A stretch of DNA of 63,887 nucleotides, filler included, from Hausera hauseri (lineage: Eukaryota): the NCBI GenBank assembly GCA_046269625.1. It is 11 parts of 11 records of this genome, joined end to end, with 100 filler letters (N's around TTAATTAATTAA, not from the genome) between each part and the next. Parts side by side here need not be neighbours in the genome. Positions count along the whole stretch, not along the records: positions 49,510 to 59,179 come from JBJURY010314385.1; positions 59,280 to 63,887 come from JBJURY010506575.1; 9 more parts are not named here. One strand, 5' to 3'. Shown in pieces: positions 52,404-63,887 of this stretch; position 1 is the first letter of the stretch; each line of letters starts with the position of its first letter. The translations under genes and the position numbers were made by a program. Below the pieces are notes generated by a model. It saw nothing but the letters and a program-made list of their open reading frames with translations. It was not told where the DNA came from and made no database searches.

Positions 52404-53384
52404 ATATATGGAAACGATGTGCATAATAATAATAATAATTATGATTCACAAAATTGTTCGAATATCTATTAAATGTGTGCATTCTTGTTATATAGTATTT
52501 AAAATATTGAATCTATGATATTTTATGAATCTCTTTTCTTCAGAATTTCATCTTCAGCACTTTCTGATTGTAGATAAAAAATCCTCATGACATTATCTAT
52601 GTACATGAATATTTCACGGTTGGGAGTTTGTCTCTACTATGATAGTTCCTCTGAAACAACCGTTTTCATTTTTGACATTCAATTTTATATACCACGCGAT
52701 TGGTGTGGCAGATCCAGTTATTTTCTGTAGGACAAGCTTTCCAGCTATATTTCTCGTGACACTTGTTGTTCAATTCATCTTTGATTGTCCATGTGTAAGG
52801 GTTTATCATACAATTGCTGTGCGAATTCGAGAATAAAAATAAAATATAAATTTTTTCAGTAAATAAAAAAAGTTATCAATAATCGTATCAAATATTTAAA
52901 TAATGCAAATACAAAAATACTTTAAAATTACGGATTTGTCCAATCCAGAAATACAAATTGGATTTAAAAAATAAGTAAAATTAAAGTAAATATTATAAAT
53001 TGTTTAAATAAACAAAATCATCAGTTTATTATCTTTTAGAAAAATACTCAACATGACTTTAACATGTCTTCAAACGAGAATGTCTGGAAAAGGAGCTAAG
53101 AAAGGAGGACAAGCGATACGGCGTCGAGTATATTTCCTCAAACTATTTATAGGATATCGAGTTCAACTTTATCAATATAATCTACAACGTAGAGATTGCC
53201 TTAAATTTCAGTTATAATTTACATTATAACTGGAAATCGATAAATGTGAATTTACCTTAATGCATGTTAATCTATGTTAAATTAATGCATGTTAATTTAC
53301 ATTGAAATTGTAAATTGAAAAATGTGGATTTGCAATAATGCGTGTTAATTTTCGTTATTTGTAAAGTGAAAGCTTTACACCCAC

Positions 53385-53735
53385 CAAATGCATAGCATTA
53401 CTTTCTTAGTGTGGAGGCTTACATTTGCGATATCTGTGGAATACTGCCTGATTTGGACCAAAATCTATGGTGCTCAAAGTTGCTATACATGATGCATTTT
53501 TCATCCTGAAGAAAAGATCTAGTTCTATTTCTTTTAATTAGCCTATCACAAATCAGTATCCGTGGATGTCAAGTGACGTTCCTTAATGTCATGCAGAATC
53601 CACACATCTGCACAATTGACGTACCCTTCTGCCTGAAAGTGTCTTTTAACGGTTGTATAAGACACTCCGACGATGTCAACAACTTCTCGTAATGTAAGGT
53701 ATGGGTTTTGGTCCACTACAGTTGTTATTGTGGCT
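53385..53735 (-). pseudogene. mariner transposase fragment
   Basis: VVDQNPYLTLREVVDIVGVSYTTVKRHF...VWILHDI (WVPHEL-like)...DEKCIMY...KKVMLCIWW. Confidence 0.8.
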
Positions 53736-54165
53736 ATTAGTGTTATGCAATATTTTCATCTTAAAACTTTTGTTCAAATTTTTCAACTGAAATTAATCAC
53801 ATGCTTCGTTATTCTTTACAATTGCATTTTAGTAGTATTTAAGTATTTGAGTTTGTATGGTGGTTCGGCAATAAATGAAATTAGCATGCACCAGTTTGTG
53901 CCTCAGTCTCAATTCCACTTAATTTCTTATATAATGTCTACGTTCAACTTTTAACTAATTTAATGCAATTTCCTAATTTAATAAATGACTAAAGTTTATT
54001 TATTACAGAAATTTATTATTGATACAAAATTTATGCGTCACGAATAAGTTTCCGTTGCGCTTAATAACCGCAATGGCCACAATCAATAAGTGACATTTTT
54101 GAAAGACATTCGGACAAGATGCAGACTAGCTTTAGGCATTCTGCTGGTGTGATTTTTCCAACATA

Positions 54166-54430
54166 CAGTCGTGATCAAAAATTAGCATAATTTCCACAAA
54201 AGTGTTTATTTGTAATTAACACATAATGAAGTACAGAAACGTCAATGAAATTGTTTTAATACTTGGTATTACAATCTTTGGCACTAATAACTGACTTAAT
54301 GCGCCTTGGTAATAAATCAGTAAGCTTTCTACAATGGTCTGGAGTAATTTTTGTGTACCAGAACTCCAAAATAATTCAACGTAAATCTGTGACACTTTTG
54401 GGATTTTGAGCGGCTACAATTATTTTGAAT
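54166..54430 (-). mobile_element. Tc1-like transposon end with transposase C-terminus
   Basis: TA-CAGTCGTGATCAAAA terminus; minus strand ...HCRKLTDLLPRRIKSVISAKDCNTKY*. Confidence 0.78.
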
Positions 54431-57400
54431 TACATTCTTGAATTCACTAGAAGATTTAAATTCTATTTTGTACAAAAATTTTGTTCTGAGTTTTATATCT
54501 GTGGTTGCAAATGTTCATTCATGATAAAATACAACAATTTTTTAAAAATAAATATCCAATTAATTTACATGGTTTTTACTTTTGTAATAGAATATGTACA
54601 CGTAATTCATAAACAAATCTTCATGAATATGTGGGTTTTTTGAGGGGTCACAATGGGATGAACAAAATTTGGTGTCATAGATCCAATTTGATAAAACAAT
54701 TGACTGGAGTTTATTCATTAATCAATAATTAAATATTGACACCTTCTACTCCACGTCGGAAACGATCTTCCATTTGTATTAACAAAAAATGTACTTCTAA
54801 TTGATATGTTGTGTGGAAAACTCCAACACCAACCGTCTCAGTAAACTACAGATATTTTTATTTATTGAATTTAATGTCAAAACTTTGGGGTCTCGATCTG
54901 TTTATAGGAGAAAATGAAACATTTTTGGGGTCGTTAGAAAAAAAGGTTCAGAACCACCGATTTAAGCGAAGATAAGTACAAGGTCAAGTAACATTATCTG
55001 ATGACTTCATGACACTTTTGTTGTTTTTTAATTAATCGAGCAAATTATGTAGGCAATTTAGTGAATCTTAGATATATCTCAGACATATCTCTTTGTTAAA
55101 GCATGTCCACTGACATATTTAAATAACGTCCCAAATAGGCTCGAAATGCGTTATTTTTCTTTCTCGGCAAAAGTTGTCTTCATATTATTAATCAGCATTG
55201 TATTTACAGTAAAATTCGTTTCTTTGTTAGCAGATGTTCTCAAAACATTCCGTCAAAAAGCTCTAGATGAAAACTGATTATATAAAATTGAGAGAAACAA
55301 AATTTTATCCAATAAAAATTGCTACAAACAAAATATTCAAATTTATTCAAATTTCAAATTTTCTGTTCCAGAAAACAATCCTTCATCGGTTGTTTCGATA
55401 ATTTGAAAAGTTATTAAAATCCCCTCCAAATACAATAAAAATAGCACAAATAATTTTTAGATGATATTCAAAGAAAATTTTCGATCAATTCATTAAAAAA
55501 TTTATTCCTTGAATTTTGTTTGCAAATAATTAATATTCGAATTTTAATTTTATGACGCTTTTTAAATTAAATTTTGAGTTAAAATACAATTTAAAATAAA
55601 TAAAATAATCTTGAATAAAATTATTCGAATATTTCAATAATTATATTTTCCAAAGAATGTTTGAATTATCCTTTTTGAGCAAAATTGGACAGAAAGGATC
55701 GTTGGCTAAAATTGATTGAAAGTCATAAATAATATTATAGAGCTTTGTGATAATTATGTTGAATAATCGAATTATTTGTTTAAATATACTCATGATTTAG
55801 TTACTGACAAATTTGGCAGCAGATGAAGTTGAGATAAAATTTTAAAATAATTTTTCCAAGAGGGACTGTCTATTTTTAATCGAATCTCAAATAATCATTT
55901 ATCTCATTCATCATACCATTCAATTCCATATAAATATCGAACTCATATCACTTTAAATAAACAAGTATGGTAACATTTTGATAAAATGTAAAAATTTGGA
56001 TAATTATTTCAGTACATTTCGTATGGTAAAAATTGTAACACAGGAATTTTATAACAAACAGTCAGTGAGGCGTGCAAAATATAATACTGTTTAATAATAT
56101 GAAAATAGAATAACCTGGAAACATGCAGGAATCTTATTTATCGAATCAAGTACTAAATCTTTCAATTTGAAGTATAAATAATTAAGGTATTCACGGCAGC
56201 AGAATGTTTCTAAATAAATAAATAAATAGTAGAATAAAATGACTGGTGGANNNNNNNNNNNNNNNNNNNNNNNNNNNNNNNNNNNNNNNNNNNNNNNNNN
56301 NNNNNNNNNNNNNNNNNNNNNNNNNNNNNNNNNNNNNNNNNNNNNNNNNNATAAATAATTAAGGTATTCACGGCAGCAGAATGTTTCTAAATAAATAAAT
56401 AAATAGTAGAATAAAATGACTGGTGGATGTGAAGAGAAAAGGAGCAATGTAATGATAAGCCGTAGAAATGAAAAATAATTAAGGTAAGCGTAATACTTTA
56501 ATTGACATTGAGATAGTAAGGAAAATTTAAAAATAATTCTACATATTTTTGTAATTTGATGTTTTTATAAGCAAATTTTTGTTATATATTTTTAGATTGT
56601 TTATTCAGCTATGCCATAGATTAGTTTGGCCACAAAATTTACGTTATATTTGATTTGATTAAATTATACAAAATTTCTATTGCATAAATAAAATTATTTT
56701 TTAAATTTAAATTTAAAATTAATTCATAATTTTATTTATTAAATTAATGCATTTTACAAAAGACTGTAGACTCAATCAAAATTAAATATTCATTACTCGA
56801 AATCATTTTATTTTAGTCTTGAATTTTATAAGCATATAATTGAAAATCATTTCAGCAATAACATTTGTTGTACGATTTAAATAAATTACAATCATTGGAT
56901 TATTTAATTTTAATTTTAACTTTTATATGGTAAAAAATGTTTATAGTGCCTATTTACTTATACTAGAATTATTTAATAAACAAACCAAATACTCCATTTG
57001 GCATATTTAATGAAATCATTAAATGAAAAATATTGTATTCAATTGAAAGAAAATTATTTGACATTTAAATAACGAGAAAAAATAGGATAACATATTAGTG
57101 GTGTTCGAAAGAAAGTTGTCGAACGGAAACACACAAAACTGGACATTTTATAAGAAATAGAAAAGTTATTTTACGTCATATTGATTATTCTCAAATTTTT
57201 AATTTTATTAATTTACCTACTGACAATTTTTCTACAAATTTTGTCAATTTACAAAGTTTGTTTTGCATTGTTTTCAAGACCATTGTAACTGTACACGTTA
57301 TTCGGGACATAAATGTTAAGAATTAGTCAGAAAATTCCAATTGTTGATCAAAAAAATAGAAAATCCTAATTTTCAAGTAGGTAGTAGAAACCGTAAAAAT

Positions 57401-58253
57401 CGATATTGATTTGACAATTTTAAACAAAATTCATATATAGTTAATTTTATAATATTTTCCGGGTACTACGGTGACACAGATTGTGATTGTGATTGTGAAA
57501 ATAATAAATTTAATTCAAAAACAAAATACTAATGAAGATTATTTTAACGAAGATAATTTTATTGATGCTGTTCAAAAATATGTGTTCTTAATAGATATTT
57601 AAAACTTTTGAAAAATTAAACTTCCTTTAAGTGTAACATTAAACTTAAATTTTTTTACTAAAATCTGTTAACATTTTATCATATATTATTCTAATTCTAA
57701 TATTTTCAATAATTTTTCATAACAGGTAAGTAAAATGGAGTATTAGGAGTTTAAATAATTTTATAACTAAAAGGCATACTGAAACTAAGGAAACTATAAA
57801 TAATACTTGATGAATTGTCATCAAGATAAAATCCTGTAATACGATTACATTCAATATGAATATTGTGTTTATTTGTAATTTGGACAATTCTATTACTTTC
57901 ATGTTTTCCTGTTTTATATTCTTTTCATTGAAACCTAAAACAGTATTGAAAAAAGAATTTTTATCAAATTTAAATTTGCATTACCATTTAAAGTCATATT
58001 ACATTATATTGTTTCAGGGCAAAAGAATTTTGTACAATCGTCCATTTGGTTCATTTGAAATTTTGTCAATTTATATAATTGGTTGAGATAAATTTTATAA
58101 TATAACGCTTGAAAAAATGAAAATACTGCAATTAATGATGAAAAGCAAACCAAAATTATGATTATCCAATAAATTTTAAAATAAAGATTTTTATATTAAA
58201 ATATTATTTCATTCTGGAAAAATATTATTTTAAAGTTATACGTTTAAGGAGAA

Positions 58254-59179
58254 ATGAATATTTCAGCAAGTTATATGATTGAAAATCAACAACTTTATAT
58301 TTACGAAATTAATATAGTTGAATCATTTATCCAAGGAAATGTGAGCATAATTGTAAATACGCTGGGCAATTTTATAAGTGAATTTGAATTAGATTGTTAC
58401 GAACCGCATATTTCTCAAATTCAAATTTCTGATATATTTCAAAACAAGAATTCAAATTGTTATTTTGATCGGCTGAACCAAAACAAAATAGTCGTAAAAG
58501 TGCCAGAACCGTATTGTGCATTAGATAAATTTAACGTCAAAGTCGCGTTTAAAAGTCAAGGAAGTAAATGTGGAATAAGTTTAGTTATTAATTCAATTGA
58601 TTTTAAAACCAGTTACCTATATTGTACACCGTATAACCACTACTCAGGTCAAATATTTCCATCTGCTGGGATTGGTCACGCATCCACTTGGGATATTTTG
58701 ATTTATTGTCCCATGAATGGATTTACAGCCTTAAGCAATGGTGAACTAGTTTCGATAGATCGAAACATATTTCATTATCGTCTATCAACAAAAATTACAT
58801 CAAGGTATATTTCATTTGCAGTCGGACCATTTCAAAATGTCGAATCTAATCTTGATCTAATCAGCGTATTTTGCTGCGATAATATTGATCATTATGCTCA
58901 TGATTGTATTAAACTGATAAAAAGTATTTTTGTCTATTTAGAGAAAAAATATCAGCTTAAGTTGCCCTATAATTCATTAAAGTTTTTATTTGTAGAAAAT
59001 TTACTGGATGAATATTACAGCATGGCTTCTTTCATATTTTCAGATATCAATATTTTGCATGATAAACGACTATCAGAACCAATGAAATTTAAGTGCAAAG
59101 CAATTGTATCAGCAATTGTTGAACAGTTTTTTGGATGTATCGTTGAACCAGAAACATTCACAGATTTTTGGGTAAGTTG
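58254..59179 (+). CDS. TAF2: TFIID subunit TAF2, N-terminal M1-aminopeptidase-like region (cut by contig end)
   Basis: STWDILI...ALSNGELV...FHYRL...ISFAVGPF...LPYNSLKFLFVE...MASF...NILH...AIVEQFFGCIV....DFWV matches TAF2; no HEXXH motif; no intron evident. Confidence 0.88.
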
Positions 59180-60223
59180 NNNNNNNNNNNNNNNNNNNNN
59201 NNNNNNNNNNNNNNNNNNNNNNNTTAATTAATTAANNNNNNNNNNNNNNNNNNNNNNNNNNNNNNNNNNNNNNNNNNNNCCATTTCTAAAAATGGAAACA
59301 AACGGTATGGTGTCGAACGACCCAGTATAAATACCTTTGCAAAACTCTCTCAAAAACTCTCGAAATTCTTGGAACTTGAATCTATTTAATTTTGTTCGAT
59401 AGATCACCGATAAGGTTAGATCTTGTGATAAAAGAAATCATTATTGTATTATTATTAGAACAATGGCCGAAAGAAACAATGACAATTATGGTGGATCCTC
59501 AGAGGGAATAACAGGTACGCATCCTTTCGGATTACTTACGATTATATATTTTGTTTTGTTTTTGTATAAATTTGTTTTATAATAAATGTTTCAAAAATTA
59601 AATAAATTTGGTATGCAATCAGTGTTATGTCAGGTAATGTGCGCAGGAGGAATTGAAATTGAAGATGTTGGTTACTGGACCTCCGAAGACTTATCAAATC
59701 ATCCGAAAAACATAGATCGACGGGACACGAGGCTTGTGATGGAACAACATACATCGAAATATATTTGATGATCCAATATGATGAATGACTTTATCCAGTA
59801 GGTGTCATAAATGAATGATTTGCGGTCATAGATATATTGATGAATTAATAGTTGTGGTTTTGTCATCTATTAATAGTAATATTGCGTCGGATTTGTTTAT
59901 GGAATTTAGAATGCAAATTGTACGTTCCAGATTGTTTCATTACAGTCAAGTTTTAGAAGAATGCCTGTATTATAGGAATCCGACCAGGGATAAGTTGATG
60001 AATGGACTGAAGAAGGATGGAAATATGCCAGCATGCACCTTTGCGGTATTGATTCAGCACGCGTTTCCGTTGTGGAATGAAGATGGTTATGTCGTTAAAA
60101 GTGAAGTTGATTTACGTATGTAAATTTAATTTGAATCGAACTGCGTTCTGGTAGCAGTTATAAATAAAGTGCATTTGATTTACCTTTGTATATTTGATCG
60201 AGCTGCATTCTAATATCAGCTAT

Positions 60224-60290
60224 AAATAAAATTTATTCGGGTTATATCGAACAATAAAATTTATTCGGGTTATATCGAGCAATACTCGGG
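60224..60290. repeat. 28-bp tandem repeat (2 copies plus a partial)
   Basis: aataaaatttattcgggttatatcgaRc twice. Confidence 0.85.
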
Positions 60291-61955
60291 TTGTAATATA
60301 TAAATAGAATGATGTTCGGTTTCTAATATTTGATTTCGATTACGTTATTGCGGTGTGTTTAATTACCTTAATATGTTATGTAATCCATTTTTAAAGGTAA
60401 TATTTTTAGAGTAATATACAGTATGTTTTAACTCTAGCCTGGTGCGTGTACTGTCGTATCGGGTTGTATTATTGAATTTGAGATCAAAAATAGCGATGTA
60501 ATCGTTGCGGGACTGGTATCCTAAGATGTTATAATAATATTCTCCCATTCCCAATTATTATTATGTTTAATCACTATTTCCAATGTTTGCATACGACTAG
60601 TATCTAATTACTATCTCCAATTATTGTGTTTTAACGATGATTGCCCTCGTATTAGACCACAATCAGTAATTCAAATGTTTCCGGGTGAATCTCAACACAG
60701 GAGTTTGAGAAAATAGAAATCAAATGGCCTATGTTTTTGGATTATTCAGTATTAAACATGTGTTTTATAGACTTCCTTTTATGGCCAAGGATTGCATAAG
60801 AAATTTGGGAGCCGCTTGGGTAACATTGCCTCCTGGCTATTGTGTAATTCCGGAATGTATGCTGTAATGATGGGATCAATGGAATTAGAAATTAAAAGTC
60901 CTGATTGGTAAAAACAAGAATTATAGAAGAGACTCCTTTTTACTTGGGTGTTGAGAAACCGGGTTATTGTAGCGGAGGAATCATCGGAAATTTTCTAAAA
61001 ATTTTCGTTTTCCTTCTCAATCAGCATTTTATCGTGGTTGTATTCCTAGTCCATCGTTAATATTATGTCGAAGTACAATGTGTTCGTCCAGTTATCGTGA
61101 AGACAAGGGTTAAACTTATGGGATCGAGGAAATGGCGGTGAATTGGAAAAATCATTATCAAGTATAGTGGATGATCGAGTAACTAATGGGATGAAAATTT
61201 TGGGACATTGGAATTCAGGTTTATTGTAAATAAATGTAGAATCGAATGATTATTGGTTTCGCATTTTAACTAATGAGATAAAAGATATTTGGAAAATCAG
61301 GGTTCATCGTTGTCATGTGGAAAAGTTAGCCATTTGGCGGAGGTGGATAATGTTGTGATATATCGCTCAATCAATTACAGTCAGAAAAATGGAGTTTTGG
61401 GAAATCATGCATGAGTTATGGTCTGTATTCGCTTTGTTCCCCGGTCGCCTAATGTTTTCACGCCTACCTTAGTCATACTAGTTGTGTAGAGTTTTTGTAA
61501 TTTTCATGTGGTCACATTGGATTATGGATGCCAATCATTCAAGCTGGACGTGATTTTCAGGATCAATACCTGTACATAAGAAGAAACACATTGGATAATA
61601 TGTTAACTAGTCTCGTTACCAAGTATCATTAGTGACCTGCATTTCTAATGAATATATATAGCTTATTATTATTATCGCCAATAATCGAAGGCGCAGGTAT
61701 TTCGTATACCGGACCGCCATCGAACTCCCCCTTCAGAGTTTCCATGGATCTTTATATGTTACTGGGATTGACAGAGAAGTTGGATATATCTAACTATGTT
61801 TTGAGCAAATTAGAACCTAACATAACATCATTAGTAACATATAAACTGGTGCCCCGAGTGAGGAGCACTGCGAGTTCGATAGTATTTACTGTTGCAGGAG
61901 AATATTATTTTTAGACATGTAATTTTGGATAATAATTAAGGTCTAATTATTTTAG

Positions 61956-62260
61956 ACAAGCAACAGGAGGAATGTCCAATATGTTTTACGAATTTGGGTC
62001 TTAAGTACGCCCTATTTCGGTGCACACACTATATGTGTACACGATGTGCAGATACATGGCTCTCAAAGTGCCAAAGTTGCCCGTTTTGCCGACGGAAGAT
62101 ATCCAGTTATAGGATGTGGGATATTACTGTTGTTGTCTTACTTGATGACGACGAAGAAGAACCCATAACAATAGAAGAAGAGGCAACTGTTGTGACCAAC
62201 GATTACCCAGCCGATCTGTATATAGTCGGCCCAAATGGACTTGTATACATGGAAATATGA
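61956..62260 (+). CDS. Small C3HC4 RING-finger protein with acidic tail (probably spliced at the 5' end)
   Basis: CPIC...CTHYMCTRC...W...CPFCRR; AG acceptor at 61954-61955. Confidence 0.8.
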
Positions 62261-62381
62261 AATCATAATATATGTTTATTTTTTTTGAATTATTCTGGTA
62301 AAGAGTATCTCATAACTATTAGAGAAATGGATAATTGATTAGGAAGTAATAATTCGATAAATTAAATAGCAATAGTTTTAG

Positions 62382-62617
62382 GCTGTGCCATCTGTAAGAA
62401 ACTTACGGCAGCTTATAAGGAAGAAGAGAATTCCTGCCCATTGTGCTACCTCGTTGAAAGAATGAAACATCGGGAAGATCTGTTCGAGTGTGCATACTGT
62501 GGGGAGGAGGCCAATATAAGTATTATGATTATGGACTCAAACTGTTTTTTGATATGTCCTATCTGCTCCCTGTCGTGGAGTGATTTGGAGGAAATTGGCA
62601 AATTGACTAATTTGTGA
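62382..62617 (+). CDS. Small protein with four CxxC pairs (zinc-binding), absent from the ORF track
   Basis: CAIC...CPLC...CAYC...CPIC in one open frame; AATAAA after the stop. Confidence 0.6.
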
Positions 62618-62841
62618 AATATGTAATAAAAGTAAATTGACTATTGTGCCTCACGAAATTTGGTTTTGCATTACATATGTGCCCTAATAAGTGGAATCAC
62701 GAATTTGTAAATGATTATAACATGATATATAGAAGTTGTTTTATTGGAAGAACCTGTTATTTGTCAATGAATGAATACTTGTAATAAACTATTACTATTT
62801 AAGGTAACGAGAACAGAAATGAAAGTAGAAGTGAACATAGG

Positions 62842-63264
62842 ATGGAACCCGAAAAATGCCCCATCTGTCTTGAAGATATGATGGAGGAAAGGACCACACT
62901 TCCATGCAAGCATAGCTATTGCAGTTCCTGTATTTACATCTGGTTGGGGGAACACAACAATTGCCCCTGTTGCAGAAGAAATTGTACCTTCTGTTGGGTG
63001 TGCTCCAAATTAGTAGCCGAGGACGTGGCCACCCTATCGTGTAGACATGTATTTTGCCAGTCGTGCATTCTCGAATATTTGGCGTGTTGTCAACTATGCC
63101 CTTACTGCCTGGAAACGGTGGACTTCTACATTATCGAAGGATTAATCACCTACCTAAACTTGGATAGTCAACCCTCTATCGTCTTAGTGATCGATGAAGA
63201 TGACGGCAGTTGGCCAGAAGCGTGGAGAAATCCACAACCATACACAATATTAGATATAAACTGA
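62842..63264 (+). CDS. Tandem double RING-finger protein
   Basis: CPIC..LPCKHSYCSSC..W..CPCCR and CWVC..LSCRHVFCQSC...CPYC; AATAAA after the stop. Confidence 0.88.
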   Translation: MEPEKCPICLEDMMEERTTLPCKHSYCSSCIYIWLGEHNNCPCCRRNCTFCWVCSKLVAEDVATLSCRHVFCQSCILEYLACCQLCPYCLETVDFYIIEGLITYLNLDSQPSIVLVIDEDDGSWPEAWRNPQPYTILDIN

Positions 63265-63338
63265 AATTAAGTTATCAATAAAATTGATCGTAGCAAATCG
63301 TTTATTTTCTTTTGTTATTTTAAGGTTATTTCCCCGAG

Positions 63339-63620
63339 TTGAATTCTATGCCCGTTCTATCACATGGATTCCAACGCAAAACAATACACCATTATTCAGT
63401 TTATAACCCAAATGGAACTTTCACCGCGATAGGAAAGGAGTGCACCATTTGTCTTAGCGACTATTCAACCAAGCCAGTAGAGCTAGTTTCCTGCAAGCAC
63501 CAATTCTGTCGCTGCTGCATAAGAGAGTGGTTTCTCCAAAATAACACTTGCCCGACGTGCCGTACAATTAACAAACTGTTTTTGTACGAATATAAATATT
63601 ATACAATAAAAAATTTATAA
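63339..63620 (+). CDS. Small C3HC4 RING-finger protein
   Basis: CTICL...SCKHQFCRCCIREW...TCPTCR; AATAAA at the stop. Confidence 0.88.
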   Translation: MNSMPVLSHGFQRKTIHHYSVYNPNGTFTAIGKECTICLSDYSTKPVELVSCKHQFCRCCIREWFLQNNTCPTCRTINKLFLYEYKYYTIKNL

Positions 63621-63887
63621 ATAAAATTTGTTTAATATTTTGACTCTCAGAAATATAATGTATTGTAGATGAGATACAGAAAATGAAAAAAGTTCAATTT
63701 CAAACTCCCAGACACTGTGAATATACCAGACCAATACAACCTAATACAGTACAGTATATGTTACATTATCAAAATAGACAACTCGGACCGGCAGCATTCA
63801 TTAAAAGACTGACAAGTTACTCCAGAATGACAGTATTGGACAACTCCATGAGAGATACACAGAACAGGAAAATATCATTCCTTGAAT

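Noticed and set aside
56174-56447. Direct repeat around the 100-N gap and ORF 56091-56447
   Set aside because: Identical sequence on both sides of a scaffold gap indicates an unmerged overlap
54960-58250. Short ORFs in the very AT-rich region upstream of TAF2
   Set aside because: Low-complexity F/I/L/K/N translations with no recognisable domain
5265-59279. Recurrent TTAATTAATTAA flanked by Ns as a biological repeat, and gene neighbourhoods across it
   Set aside because: Artificial concatenation linker; adjacency across it carries no biological information

Overview
This window is not one locus. It holds 11 contigs joined by artificial 100-bp linkers (N44-TTAATTAATTAA-N44), from an AT-rich, transposon-rich eukaryote, probably a divergent animal. 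Most content is decayed mobile DNA. The main result is a Ty3/Gypsy (Metaviridae-like) retroelement family with a chuvirus-like (class III-type) fusion glycoprotein placed BETWEEN gag and pol. In contig 23319-27712 the glycoprotein and its transmembrane region run without a stop into the aspartic protease, followed by RT, RNase H and the start of integrase. Contig 14855-18833, a second copy overlapping in env, shows Gag with a zinc knuckle, then a long in-frame unknown extension, then the signal peptide and env. Contig 27813-31796 is a more divergent third relative. The stitched order is gag-X-env-PR-RT-RH-IN, possibly one polyprotein. Other content: a Polinton/adintovirus protein-primed PolB pseudogene and a probable Polinton terminus; a TM protein/DEDDh exonuclease/RING accessory cassette; a virus-like cluster of small RING genes; an intact spliced integrase-core gene convergent with a HECT exon; three ordinary Gypsy remnants; piggyBac, pogo, Tc1, mariner and hAT remnants; host TAF2 (C-terminal part before N-terminal part); and a DCP1-like gene. 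All calls come from motif recognition by eye; no database searches were run.
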